A stretch of 28,103 nucleotides of DNA from an uncultured Thermoplasmatales archaeon (GCA_964555835.1 CAZKUB010000100.1:1-28103), one strand, 5' to 3'. Counted from the stretch's first letter, positions 1 through 9,250 are shown. Program-made: numbers and translations. The notes: generated by a model from the sequence alone, not told the origin.

Positions 1-1172
1 GCTATACCACCTGATTCATATTTTCGTCCGACCATAAATCCTGTAATGTTCTGTAAAAAGACAAGTGGTATTTTACGCTGACAGCACATTTCAATAAAAT
101 GAGTGCCCTTCAATGCTGATTCTGAAAACAAAACACCATTATTTGCAAGAATTCCAACAGGGTATCCCATAATCCTTGCAAAGCCACAGACAATAGTTGT
201 TCCATATAACGATTTGAACTCATGAAATTTAGATCCATCAACCACACGAGCGATAATTTCATGGACGTCAAATGGTCTTCTTGAATCCTTTGGAATAATT
301 CCATATATCTCTTTTATATCATATATAGGCTCTTCGGGTTTACAGACATCTAAATTAGTCTTTTCAGGTCGGTTCAAGTTTTCTACTATATTCCTAGTGA
401 TACCTATTGCTTCATGATCATCATGAGCATAATGGTCAGATACACCACTCTCACGACAATGAACATCTGCACCTCCAAGATCTTCAGCACTAACTTCTTC
501 ACCAGTTGCAGCTTTCACCAAGGGTGGACCACCAAGGAAAATAGTTCCATTTCCTTTAACAATAACAGTTTCATCACTCATCGCAGGGACATAAGCACCA
601 CCTGCAGTACAACTACCCATCACGGAAGCAATTTGAGGTATACCCATAGAACTCATTACAGCTTGGTTGTAAAAAATCCTGCCAAAATGTTCACGATCAG
701 GAAAAACCTCATCCTGCATCGGTAAAAAAGCACCGCCGCTATCAACCAGATAAATGCATGGAAGATTACTTTCCATAGCAATCTCCTGAGCACGTAAATG
801 TTTTTTTACGGTCATTGGATAATATGTTCCACCTGTAACAGTTGCATCATTTGCAACGATCACAACTTCTCGACCATGAACAACGCCAATACCTGTAACA
901 ATACCTGCGCATGGTGCTTTATCATTATAGAGCCCATGGCCAGCTAATGTATTAAACTCCATAAATGGGGTGTCTGGGTCGATTAAAGCATCGATACGCT
1001 CGCGTACAAGCATTTTGTTTCTTTCTTTATGAAGTTTTATTTTTTCAGCCCCTCCTCCCTCTTGAGCTTTTGCAATTTTGTCTTTTAAATCTTTTACAAG
1101 TAATTCATAACGTTTGAAATTTTCTTTATATTCCTTACTTGAGGCATCAATATTACTCTCAATTACATCCAT
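1..1172 (-). CDS. mccB: 3-methylcrotonyl-CoA carboxylase beta (carboxyltransferase) subunit, 3'-truncated by the window edge; absent from the ORF track
   Basis: Manual translation from ATG at 1172 (GGAGG upstream) is open to base 1: [11 protein letters not shown]...[26 protein letters not shown]...[31 protein letters not shown]...[18 protein letters not shown]...[19 protein letters not shown]. These are MccB/LiuB signature segments. Confidence 0.92.
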   Translation of the reverse strand, partial: MDVIESNIDASSKEYKENFKRYELLVKDLKDKIAKAQEGGGAEKIKLHKERNKMLVRERIDALIDPDTPFMEFNTLAGHGLYNDKAPCAGIVTGIGVVHGREVVIVANDATVTGGTYYPMTVKKHLRAQEIAMESNLPCIYLVDSGGAFLPMQDEVFPDREHFGRIFYNQAVMSSMGIPQIASVMGSCTAGGAYVPAMSDETVIVKGNGTIFLGGPPLVKAATGEEVSAEDLGGADVHCRESGVSDHYAHDDHEAIGITRNIVENLNRPEKTNLDVCKPEEPIYDIKEIYGIIPKDSRRPFDVHEIIARVVDGSKFHEFKSLYGTTIVCGFARIMGYPVGILANNGVLFSESALKGTHFIEMCCQRKIPLVFLQNITGFMVGRKYESGGI

Positions 1173-1187
1173 ATTTTTTCCTCCAAA

Positions 1188-1673
1188 TTAATTACCAATT
1201 TCCACGGTTTCTTCCCCGATTTCTATTTGATCATTTTCTTTGAAATTGATTTTTTTAACCTTGCCTTTAAAAGGAGCACGAATAAGATATTCCATTTTCA
1301 TAGCTTCAATTACCATTAGGACATCGCCTTTTTTTACTTTGGCTCCTTTTTTTACTTTGACGTTAACAACTTTTCCAGAGATAGGTGAGCTAAGGCTACC
1401 TTCTTCTTTAGTACGAGTTTTTTTAGTGGCAGTGAGTTCTACACGGCTTACCTTGTAAACATTTCCATCTACAAAAACAAATTTTTCATTATCTCCATGT
1501 GTTATTACTGCTTTTAAAATTCTATCTCCAATTTTGATTTTTAACTGACCTGGTTTTAACTCTTCAGCTTGGGCTTTGTATTCTGCGTTATCATAAGTTA
1601 TAAAAAAATGATTATCTCGTTTTTCAACAGTAACATTATACACATTATTTTCATGTTCATAATTTATAAACAT
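1188..1673 (-). CDS. Biotin carboxyl carrier subunit (partial BT domain + BCCP) of the acyl-CoA carboxylase, 161 aa
   Basis: EAMKM biotinylation motif and SPISGKV...V..GD biotinyl fold. ATG at 1673 has GGAGGT upstream, which is more likely than the TTG at 1700. Confidence 0.9.
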   Translation of the reverse strand: MFINYEHENNVYNVTVEKRDNHFFITYDNAEYKAQAEELKPGQLKIKIGDRILKAVITHGDNEKFVFVDGNVYKVSRVELTATKKTRTKEEGSLSSPISGKVVNVKVKKGAKVKKGDVLMVIEAMKMEYLIRAPFKGKVKKINFKENDQIEIGEETVEIGN

Positions 1674-1674
1674 A

Positions 1675-3183
1675 TTAGTTACCTCCTTTGCCACTAACAC
1701 GCCAGCGTCCTACATGTTTCCAAGGATTATGTGGATCTGCTTCTTTATAACGTACTATATCCTGGGATTTTTTATGCATTGAGTCAAATACAGCAAGAGC
1801 AATTATTGCATCAATCGGAAGAGTCTCTTTTGTAAGTATTCTATCTTTGAAATAATTATCAATAAAATGTGTGGTGATGTTTCCTTTTCTAAATTCAGTA
1901 TGCTTTAGTACTTTCTTTAAGAAACCTATGTTTGTAGTAACACCCAAAACCACGTATCTGGAAAGCACCCATATCATCTTGTTAATGTTTTCCTCTCTAT
2001 TTTCATCATAAGTAATAATCTTTGCAAGCATAGGATCATAATATGGAGTTACTTTCATACCCGATTGAACCCCGCTATCATCTCTGATATTTGGGCCATT
2101 TGGTACTTCTACTTTTTCAAGTGTTCCAATGCTTGGTAAAAAACCATTCCCCGGATCCTCTGCATAGATACGACACTCAATTGCATGTCCTCTCTGTGTT
2201 AAATTATCTTGCTTAAGTGTAAGTTTTTCACCACTAGCAATTTTTAACTGCCATTTTACAAGATCTACACCAGTTACCATCTCAGTTATAGGATGTTCTA
2301 CTTGAAGTCTTGTATTCATCTCCATAAAATAGAAATTTAGATCACCATCGATCATAAATTCAACTGTTCCCGCATTGGTGTAACCTGCAGCTTCTGCAGC
2401 AGTGACTGCTGCATCACCCATTTTTTTACGAAGAGTAGGGGTCATCACAGGAGAAGGAGTTTCTTCTATTATTTTTTGATGACGACGTTGAACACTGCAC
2501 TCTCTCTCAAAAAGATGAATTATGTTTCCATGTTCATCTCCAAGAATTTGAAATTCAATATGCCTTGGCTTGTCAATGTATTTTTCAAGAAATACAGTAT
2601 CATTACCAAATGCAGATTTAGATTCACGTTTAGCACTTTCAATTGCTTGACCAAGAGTATTTTGTGAGTGAACTATGCGCATACCTTTTCCACCGCCGCC
2701 TGCTGCGGCTTTTACAAGTAGTGGAAAACCAATTTTTTTACCTTCAACAATCAGTGATTTAATATCCTGTTTGACACCATGATATCCAGGAATTACAGGT
2801 ACACCTGCTTTTTCCATGGTTTTTTTAGCAGCAATTTTGTCACCCATGAGGCTAATTACTTTTGGCGAAGGTCCGATAAATTTGATCCCTGTATCATTAC
2901 ATGAATGAGCAAAATCAGGGTTTTCAGCAAGAAAACCATAACCAGGATGAATTGCTTCGGCACCAAAATCTTTAGCGATTTTAATTATCTTTGGAATATT
3001 AAGATAACTTTCAATAGGCGTTGGATCACCTAAGCATACACTTTCATCTGCAATTTGTACATGTGGAGCTTTTTTATCAACATCAGAATAGATTGCAATG
3101 GTTTTAATTCCTATTTCTTGACATGCTTTAATTATTCTTACAGCAATTTCCCCACGATTTGCAATTAGAACTTTTTTAAACAT
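1675..3183 (-). CDS. Biotin carboxylase subunit (MCC alpha-type, BC domain plus start of BT domain)
   Basis: KVLIANRGEIA, IHPGYGFLAEN, GGGGKGMR, ERECSVQRRHQKIIEE and EMNTRLQVEHP motifs. ATG at 3183 is preceded by GGAGTGA; GTG at 3195 is the alternative start. Confidence 0.93.
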   Translation of the reverse strand: MFKKVLIANRGEIAVRIIKACQEIGIKTIAIYSDVDKKAPHVQIADESVCLGDPTPIESYLNIPKIIKIAKDFGAEAIHPGYGFLAENPDFAHSCNDTGIKFIGPSPKVISLMGDKIAAKKTMEKAGVPVIPGYHGVKQDIKSLIVEGKKIGFPLLVKAAAGGGGKGMRIVHSQNTLGQAIESAKRESKSAFGNDTVFLEKYIDKPRHIEFQILGDEHGNIIHLFERECSVQRRHQKIIEETPSPVMTPTLRKKMGDAAVTAAEAAGYTNAGTVEFMIDGDLNFYFMEMNTRLQVEHPITEMVTGVDLVKWQLKIASGEKLTLKQDNLTQRGHAIECRIYAEDPGNGFLPSIGTLEKVEVPNGPNIRDDSGVQSGMKVTPYYDPMLAKIITYDENREENINKMIWVLSRYVVLGVTTNIGFLKKVLKHTEFRKGNITTHFIDNYFKDRILTKETLPIDAIIALAVFDSMHKKSQDIVRYKEADPHNPWKHVGRWRVSGKGGN

Positions 3184-3187
3184 ACGA

Positions 3188-3967
3188 TTATTCACTCCAT
3201 TTACTGTTTCTTTTCTGTAGAAATGCGTTTATTCCTTCTTGCCCCTCAGTAGATACTCTCAACTCAGAGATCTTTTCAACACTAAATTTTTTGTATTTTT
3301 CTACATCCATTTTTTCACAGGAGTCAACTAGTTTTTTAACTTCAACTATTGCTTTTGGCCCTGAACTGCGGATGATTTTGATGTATTTTTCTACAATTTT
3401 ATCTATTTCTTCTGATGCAACAAAGTCGACTAAACCAATGTCTTTTGCATAGTTTGATTCAAAACGCTCTCCTGTAATAAAAAGTCTTTTCATATCTGAA
3501 ATTTTTAAACGCCTTGAGATGTATTTTGAAATTACGGCAGGGATTATTCCAAGTTTTACTTCAGAAAAAGCAAATTTACAGCCGGGTACTGCAATTACAA
3601 TATCACATGCTGCAAAAAGACCTATTCCTCCTCCAAAGGCATGACCGTTTACCTTTGCAATAACTGGTTTTGAGCAGTTATAAATTGATTCATACAATTC
3701 AAGTAATAAATTACTATCTTTGATGTTTTCTTCTTTTGAATATGAAACCATGCTTTTCATCCAGTTAAGATCTGCCCCTGCACAAAAAGACTTACCCTGC
3801 CCTGTTAGTATGATTACTCTTATCTCTTTGTCCTTTTCAAGTTTTTTAAAATAATCTGTAAGTTCTTTCATAAGCTGCTCGTTCATAGCATTATGAACTT
3901 CAGGACGGTTTAAAAAAACTTTAGCAACATCTTTTTCCTTTGATACATTAATGGTATCGTATTTCAT
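3188..3967 (-). CDS. Enoyl-CoA hydratase family, probable 3-methylglutaconyl-CoA hydratase (LiuC-like)
   Basis: LNRPEVHNA, FCAGADLNWM, AFGGGIGL and FSEVKLGIIPAVI (one catalytic Glu). Immediately upstream of MCC genes. Confidence 0.8.
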   Translation of the reverse strand: MKYDTINVSKEKDVAKVFLNRPEVHNAMNEQLMKELTDYFKKLEKDKEIRVIILTGQGKSFCAGADLNWMKSMVSYSKEENIKDSNLLLELYESIYNCSKPVIAKVNGHAFGGGIGLFAACDIVIAVPGCKFAFSEVKLGIIPAVISKYISRRLKISDMKRLFITGERFESNYAKDIGLVDFVASEEIDKIVEKYIKIIRSSGPKAIVEVKKLVDSCEKMDVEKYKKFSVEKISELRVSTEGQEGINAFLQKRNSKWSE

Positions 3968-4061
3968 TTATTTCCTCCCTTTAACTTAAAAGGCATCTTT
4001 TGCCGATATTAGGTAAAATACATAAAGGTTTCTAAAGTTTTTATAGCAATTGCCGTAATAG

Positions 4062-4844
4062 TTATTCCCCTTTAAATACTGCTTTTCTTTTTTCAACAAA
4101 AGCAGCAACACCTTCTTTGAAATCTTTTGTCCCTGCGGCGTCTGCTGCGGTAAGACTTTCAAGTTCAAGATGCTCTTTCATATTATTATCCATACTTTTA
4201 TTGATAAGCATTTTTGCTTTACCTACCGCTATTGGTGGAAGTGTTCTAAATTTGTTTGCAAATTCTTCTACAGTATCTTCTAAATCTTTTTCTTCTACAG
4301 CCATGTTTATAAGTCCAAGTTCTTCTGCTTTATTAGCACTAAAAACTTTTGAAGTAAGTATATATTCACAAGCTTTTTGATAACCCACAATTTTTGTGAA
4401 AAACTGTGTGCCACAACCAGGGGCAAGTCCAATTCCGATAAAAGCAGTTCCAAATTTTGCGTTTTTAGAAGCAATTATAATATCACATGCAAGCGCAATA
4501 GAAAGCCCTGCTCCAAATGCATGGCCATTTACTGCTGCAATAACTGGTTTTTCCATGTTTCTCATTTCTAAAACGCATTTATGAATTGCAAGAGTTAGTT
4601 CTCTTAAAAACTTTGATTTGTCTTTTGCAAAATGCATTTCTTTAACATCGCCTCCACCACAGAATCCTTTCCCAGTTCCTCTGATAACAACTGCTTTTAT
4701 TTTTTTATCTACAGTAATTTTTTTTAATATATCATACAACTCCATTCCAAGCTTCATGTCAAAAGCGTTTAATCTCTCAGGTCTGTTGAGTGTAATATAT
4801 GCAATATTTTCCTTAACAGTATTTGTAAGTGTTTCATAACTCAT
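4062..4844 (-). CDS. Enoyl-CoA hydratase/isomerase (crotonase superfamily, PaaG-like subgroup)
   Basis: LNRPERLNA, FCGGGD, AVNGHAFGAG, IALACDI, FIGIGLAPGCG and DFKEGVAAFVEKRKAVFKG. Substrate not assignable. Confidence 0.85.
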   Translation of the reverse strand: MSYETLTNTVKENIAYITLNRPERLNAFDMKLGMELYDILKKITVDKKIKAVVIRGTGKGFCGGGDVKEMHFAKDKSKFLRELTLAIHKCVLEMRNMEKPVIAAVNGHAFGAGLSIALACDIIIASKNAKFGTAFIGIGLAPGCGTQFFTKIVGYQKACEYILTSKVFSANKAEELGLINMAVEEKDLEDTVEEFANKFRTLPPIAVGKAKMLINKSMDNNMKEHLELESLTAADAAGTKDFKEGVAAFVEKRKAVFKGE

Positions 4845-4875
4845 AAATATCGCTAACTGGGAAACATTTTTTGAA

Positions 4876-4884
4876 ATTTAAAAG
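4876..4884. promoter_or_regulatory. AT-rich TATA-like element in the divergent crotonase/symporter intergenic region
   Basis: Reads TTTAAAAG on + (4877-4884) and TTTTAAAT on - (4883-4876). It lies about 32 nt from the crotonase ATG and about 21 nt upstream of the putative operator. Confidence 0.45.
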
Positions 4885-4904
4885 TTAACCAAAATTATTA
4901 ATAA

Positions 4905-4938
4905 ATAGTCAACCATGCAGACGAGCTGGGTTAACAAT
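4905..4938. promoter_or_regulatory. Putative BirA operator (bioO-like inverted repeat)
   Basis: ATAGTCAACC-N14-GGTTAACAAT, with arms 8/10 complementary and AAC-to-GTT spacing of 16 nt. Resembles the TGTTAAC...GTTAACA BirA signal, overlaps the symporter ATG and precedes an HTH-bearing birA. Confidence 0.75.
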
Positions 4939-6280
4939 GGAATCTATGCTTACAATTGCTATTATACTAACATATCTATCAGTACTAATCACTATAGGTC
5001 TTATAAGCTCAAAAAAAATCAAAAACTCTAACAGTTTTTTCCTTGCGGATAGAAGCCTTAAAAAATTTGCATTAATTGCTACTATAACTGCAACAACTGT
5101 AGGTGGCTCTGCAACAATTGTTGCCGGTGGAAGAATTTATGCAGAAGGACTTCCCGCATTGTGGTACGATTTAGCAGGTGGTTTAGGTTTAATAGTTCTA
5201 GGTTTATTTATTGCAAAAAAAGTTAGAAAAACCAGACTTTTTACATTACCGGATATAACTGGTGCAATGTTTGATAAAAAAGTACGTTTTGCATCAGCTA
5301 TACTTATTGTTATAACTGAGATTGCTTGGGTTTCACTTCTTATTCAAGCATGTAGTCTTGTGCTTTCTGTCGCGGCTCCTGTTGATTATACAATATTACT
5401 TGTAGCAATTACTATTGGTTTTATTCTCTATACAATAATAGGCGGTCAGTATGCTGTTGTTTATACAGATATGATACAATTTTTTGTAATGCTTGTTGGT
5501 ATCTGTTTTATTGCAGCACCACTGCTTTTTATAGATGCCTTACCCGGAATTGGTGAACTACCGTCTGCCTCTCTTTCTTTTCCAGTTAATGCAAATATTG
5601 GAATTTTAGCTGCTTCATCTATTTTTTTCATGATGTTTCTACCTCATATTGTAGGGCCAGATATATATTCAAAAATTCTTTCTTCAAAAGATGAAAAAAC
5701 TGCAAAAACTGGAACCATTCTCTCAGGATTATTTAAATTAATTTTTGCAGCTGCAATAGCAATTATCGCAATTTCTGCAATGGTTCTTCATCCCGGTCTT
5801 GCAAATGCATATATTGCAATACCTACGGCCATGCTCAGTCTTTCACCAGTGCTAGGTGCAATTATACTTGCAGCTTTTGTATCTGTAATGCTTTCTTCTG
5901 CTGATTCATGTCTTCTTTCAGCAGGAACTATTATCAGTATCGATCTGCTGAAAAACAAAAATATAAATTTATCTAGACTGGGAATACTTGCTGTAGGCTT
6001 TGCAGCGTTAGGTCTTGCTTTGTATCTAGATGATGTTTTAAAGACTCTGCAACTTGCTTATACCATTTTTACAGCAGGACTTACCATACCAATCCTATTT
6101 GGTTTCTACAAAGAAAAAACACGTGTAAGTAAAAAGGGTGCGCTATGTGGACTAATATTTGGCGGGGGTGGATCACTTGTTTGGTTCTTTTTAAATAATC
6201 CTTATGGTATTGATGCTGTACTTATCGGAATGGCATTCTCCATTGCTCCGCTGTTGTTATTTAGAGAGGCTAAAAAATGA
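4937..6280 (+). CDS. Sodium:solute symporter (SSS/SLC5, PutP/PanF-like); candidate biotin importer
   Basis: About 13 hydrophobic segments, with SSS-type FFLADRSL, ATTVGGS, YTIIGGQYAVVYTDMIQF and AAFVSVMLSSADS (Na-site-like Ser pair). Stop overlaps the birA start (ATGA). Confidence 0.85.
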   Translation: MESMLTIAIILTYLSVLITIGLISSKKIKNSNSFFLADRSLKKFALIATITATTVGGSATIVAGGRIYAEGLPALWYDLAGGLGLIVLGLFIAKKVRKTRLFTLPDITGAMFDKKVRFASAILIVITEIAWVSLLIQACSLVLSVAAPVDYTILLVAITIGFILYTIIGGQYAVVYTDMIQFFVMLVGICFIAAPLLFIDALPGIGELPSASLSFPVNANIGILAASSIFFMMFLPHIVGPDIYSKILSSKDEKTAKTGTILSGLFKLIFAAAIAIIAISAMVLHPGLANAYIAIPTAMLSLSPVLGAIILAAFVSVMLSSADSCLLSAGTIISIDLLKNKNINLSRLGILAVGFAALGLALYLDDVLKTLQLAYTIFTAGLTIPILFGFYKEKTRVSKKGALCGLIFGGGGSLVWFFLNNPYGIDAVLIGMAFSIAPLLLFREAKK

Positions 6281-7227
6281 ATGAAAAAATCTTGGAGTTT
6301 TTAAAAGAAGACAAATTTGTATCAGGCGAACTTTTAGCTAAAAAACTTGGTATTTCAAGGACTGCGATCTGGAAACAGATCAAAACTTTAAAAGACGTAG
6401 GATACGAAATTGAATCTGTCAAAAACAAAGGATATAGAATTATTTCAAAACCAGATGTTTTGCTGCCTGGTGAAATTAAATCAGGTATTAAAACAAAAAT
6501 TATTGGTAAAAAAATAATCTATTTTAAAAAACTTACATCTACAAATTCCTTCTGTAAAACTCTTGTAAAAAAAGATATAGATGAAGGTACTGTTGTTGTT
6601 GTAGATATACAAGAACAAGGAAAGGGCAGGAAGAACAGAAATTGGTCTTCACCTGAGGGGGGCATTTGGTTTTCAGTTATATTATACCCTCAGATTCCTC
6701 CCCAGAATGCTATGATAGTTACAATGGCGGCTTCTGTTTCAATAGTTGAAGCAATTAAAAAATTTACAGGGCTGAATCCTCTGATTAAATGGCCTAATGA
6801 TGTTTTGATAAATGGTAAAAAAGTCTGCGGTATTTTAACGGAACTTGATGCTGAGGTAGATGAAATAAACCATGTAATTGTAGGCATAGGAATTAATGTT
6901 AATAACCCCTTAGATAAAGATTTACAAAATATTGCTACCTCTTTAAAAATTGAGTCAAACCATGATGTTTCTAGAGTTGAGCTTTTTAAAAATATACTTA
7001 ATAGTTTTGATAAAAATTATGATTATGTTAAATCATTAGATTACAAGAAAATTAGAGATTTATGGTTTTCAAATACAGATATAATTGGTAAAAAAGTTAA
7101 GGTTAATCATGAAAAAGATGTTATTTTTGGTATTGTTTCTGATATTGATGAAAGCGGCTGTCTCATTGTAAATACTTCAAATGGTTTTGAAAAGATTGTT
7201 GCAGGAGATGTAACATTTATATTGTGA
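6277..7227 (+). CDS. birA: Bifunctional biotin-protein ligase / biotin operon repressor (group II)
   Basis: N-terminal wHTH (SGELLAKKLGISRTAIWKQIKTL), Q..GKGR..RNW biotin loop, KWPND, KVCGIL and a C-terminal SH3-like domain. Confidence 0.95.
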   Translation: MNEKILEFLKEDKFVSGELLAKKLGISRTAIWKQIKTLKDVGYEIESVKNKGYRIISKPDVLLPGEIKSGIKTKIIGKKIIYFKKLTSTNSFCKTLVKKDIDEGTVVVVDIQEQGKGRKNRNWSSPEGGIWFSVILYPQIPPQNAMIVTMAASVSIVEAIKKFTGLNPLIKWPNDVLINGKKVCGILTELDAEVDEINHVIVGIGINVNNPLDKDLQNIATSLKIESNHDVSRVELFKNILNSFDKNYDYVKSLDYKKIRDLWFSNTDIIGKKVKVNHEKDVIFGIVSDIDESGCLIVNTSNGFEKIVAGDVTFIL

Positions 7228-7435
7228 TATATCAAGTTAAGCTACCCTGATGATTTTTAATCAAACAATACTTTTTTTGTCTTTTGAAATTTGTTATAAA
7301 TATTTCCTTCTCGTTTAGTTTTTTTATCTATACTAACTCATTTACTTTTTTTTCCAGAAAAAAGTAATTTCGGGATAACACATTCTTTTTTTCTTTGGAA
7401 ACTGTAATATCACATGTTTCTATTTGGGTTTTTTA

Positions 7436-8686
7436 ATGTCTAACTACAAACTTTCAAATATTGTAGAAGAAGAACTCTGCGGTCTTTCACCGATTCAGAC
7501 TATTATGAAAATGGCTGAAAAACGTAACATTATTAGAATGGGTTTAAATCCTGAGGAGGTCATCTCTTTTGGTGGAGGCTGGTGTAATCACAAAGCACCT
7601 GAAGAATTAAGAAATATTTATAAAAAAATAGTCGAAGATGAAAAATTATTTCATAAAACTGGGCGTTATAGCGAAATTCTTGGAGAGTATAATTGTCGTG
7701 AGCAGATCTGCCATTTTGAAAAAGAAATATACAATATGCCACTTTTAAATGCTGAAAATATTATTCTTGGGCAATCATCTACTCAGTTGTTCCATGATCT
7801 GATGAGGGTTTTATGTAACTCTTCAGATAGCATTGGTTTTTTAGATCCAACTTATGCAAATTATTTCAATGCTGTAAAATCTGCAGTTCCGGGATCAAAT
7901 ATGGTTTTTATTCCCGGGCTTGAAACAACTAATTGGAATTATTTACCAAATCCTGATGATACTTTAGAAATTCTAAAAAACTATTGTGAGCAAGGCTTAA
8001 AAACATTGGTGATACCCATCCCAGATAATCCTACCAGTCAGATAGCTCATGATGATTTTCTAAAATCTTGTCTTGAAATACTTACAGACTATAACTCTTT
8101 TTTAGTATTTGATTGTGCATACAAAGCATTATGGTTTAAAGACATGCCTAATTGTTTTTCATGGTCGCCTGAAAAATATCCAAATTTAGTTTTGCTAAAC
8201 TCTAATTCTAAATGGCTTTCTAGCCTTGGCCGCAGACTTGGATGGATAGAAGCTGATAAAAAAATAATACAAGGACTTGAGAAGTTAAATGAATCTGTTC
8301 TTTTGTCACCAGATACTATGCATAGTATGGCTACCGCAAAGTTTCTTGAAAAAAGTCTTTCAGATAAAAGTCTTAAAACTTTTATTGATGAAACACGAAC
8401 GCTATATGAAAAAACAGCGGATACTATGATTAAAAATATAGATGAATACCTTGGCTGGAGTCGACTTGATCCTATGGGTGGTCTTTATACTGTTTGTCCT
8501 ACACCCTCCGAGGAGGAACCTATGTCTTTTGTTCAACGTGTTTTAAAAAATACAGGAGTTTTATTTATCCCGGGATCCGGTTTTGGGCCAAGTATGCAAA
8601 AAGCAGTTCGTCTTTCTTATGGTCCCCTTTGTTACGATCATGATTTAATTCAGCAAGGTTTTGAAAGAATTCAAGATTATATCTAA
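7436..8686 (+). CDS. PLP-dependent aminotransferase, class I/II fold
   Basis: PDNPT, DCAY (PLP Asp), SNSKW (Schiff-base Lys), GRRLGW, FIPGSGFG and VRLSY. ATG at 7436 preferred over TTG at 7424. Confidence 0.88.
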   Translation: MSNYKLSNIVEEELCGLSPIQTIMKMAEKRNIIRMGLNPEEVISFGGGWCNHKAPEELRNIYKKIVEDEKLFHKTGRYSEILGEYNCREQICHFEKEIYNMPLLNAENIILGQSSTQLFHDLMRVLCNSSDSIGFLDPTYANYFNAVKSAVPGSNMVFIPGLETTNWNYLPNPDDTLEILKNYCEQGLKTLVIPIPDNPTSQIAHDDFLKSCLEILTDYNSFLVFDCAYKALWFKDMPNCFSWSPEKYPNLVLLNSNSKWLSSLGRRLGWIEADKKIIQGLEKLNESVLLSPDTMHSMATAKFLEKSLSDKSLKTFIDETRTLYEKTADTMIKNIDEYLGWSRLDPMGGLYTVCPTPSEEEPMSFVQRVLKNTGVLFIPGSGFGPSMQKAVRLSYGPLCYDHDLIQQGFERIQDYI

Positions 8687-8815
8687 TTTTTTTAAATGAT
8701 GCAAAACATATTTATAGAAAGACCTTATTTTGAAGATTTGAAGGATGAGGATAAAAATTTCATAAATATTGATTTTTTGTTTTTATTCTTTTGAAAAAAA
8801 TTGAGTTGATACAAT

Positions 8816-9250
8816 ATGTCTGTTGTAAAGAAAGGCGATAAAATAAAAGTAGAATATGAGGGAAAACTAGAAGATGGAACGGTCTTTGACAGCTCTGATA
8901 AACATGAAGCACCTTTAGAATTTACAGTTGGTGACGGTCAGATTATAAAGGGTTTTGAAGAAGCGGTAATCGGAATGAAGGTAGGCGAAGAAAAAGAAAT
9001 AAAACTTCTTCCGGAAGAAGCATATGGTACCCATAATCCAGAACTTGTAAGGGAACTGCCTAAGGAATCATTTCAATCCGATCAAGAAATTGAGCCGGGT
9101 ATGATGTTTCTTATGAATCTGCCAGATGGTCGTCAGATACCTGTTAGGATAACACAAGTTGGCGATGAAAAAGTTACAATTGATCTTAACTCACCGCTTG
9201 CAGGTAAAACTCTTGTTTTTAAAATAAAAATACTTGAAGTTGCAAGTTAA
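8816..9250 (+). CDS. slyD: FKBP-type peptidyl-prolyl isomerase, SlyD-like, without a His-rich tail
   Basis: GDKIKVEYEGKLEDGTVFDSS, GQIIKGFEEA, PEEAYG and DLNSPLAGKTLVF, with an IF insertion domain. Confidence 0.92.
   Translation: MSVVKKGDKIKVEYEGKLEDGTVFDSSDKHEAPLEFTVGDGQIIKGFEEAVIGMKVGEEKEIKLLPEEAYGTHNPELVRELPKESFQSDQEIEPGMMFLMNLPDGRQIPVRITQVGDEKVTIDLNSPLAGKTLVFKIKILEVAS

Noticed and set aside
110-725. ORF-track entries 110-304 (-) and 414-725 (+)
   Set aside because: Off-frame or antisense shadows of the truncated mccB gene.
834-836. MccB DATVTGG instead of the usual DATVKGG
   Set aside because: Single substitution with no functional role I can support. All other MccB motifs are intact.
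3986-4168. 60-aa minus-strand ORF bridging the two crotonases
   Set aside because: Overlaps the crotonase 3' end out of frame, has no RBS and no recognisable motif.
8696-8794. 32-codon ORF upstream of slyD
   Set aside because: No RBS, starts within a T-rich terminator-like tract, and the C-terminus is T-run-derived. Probably chance.
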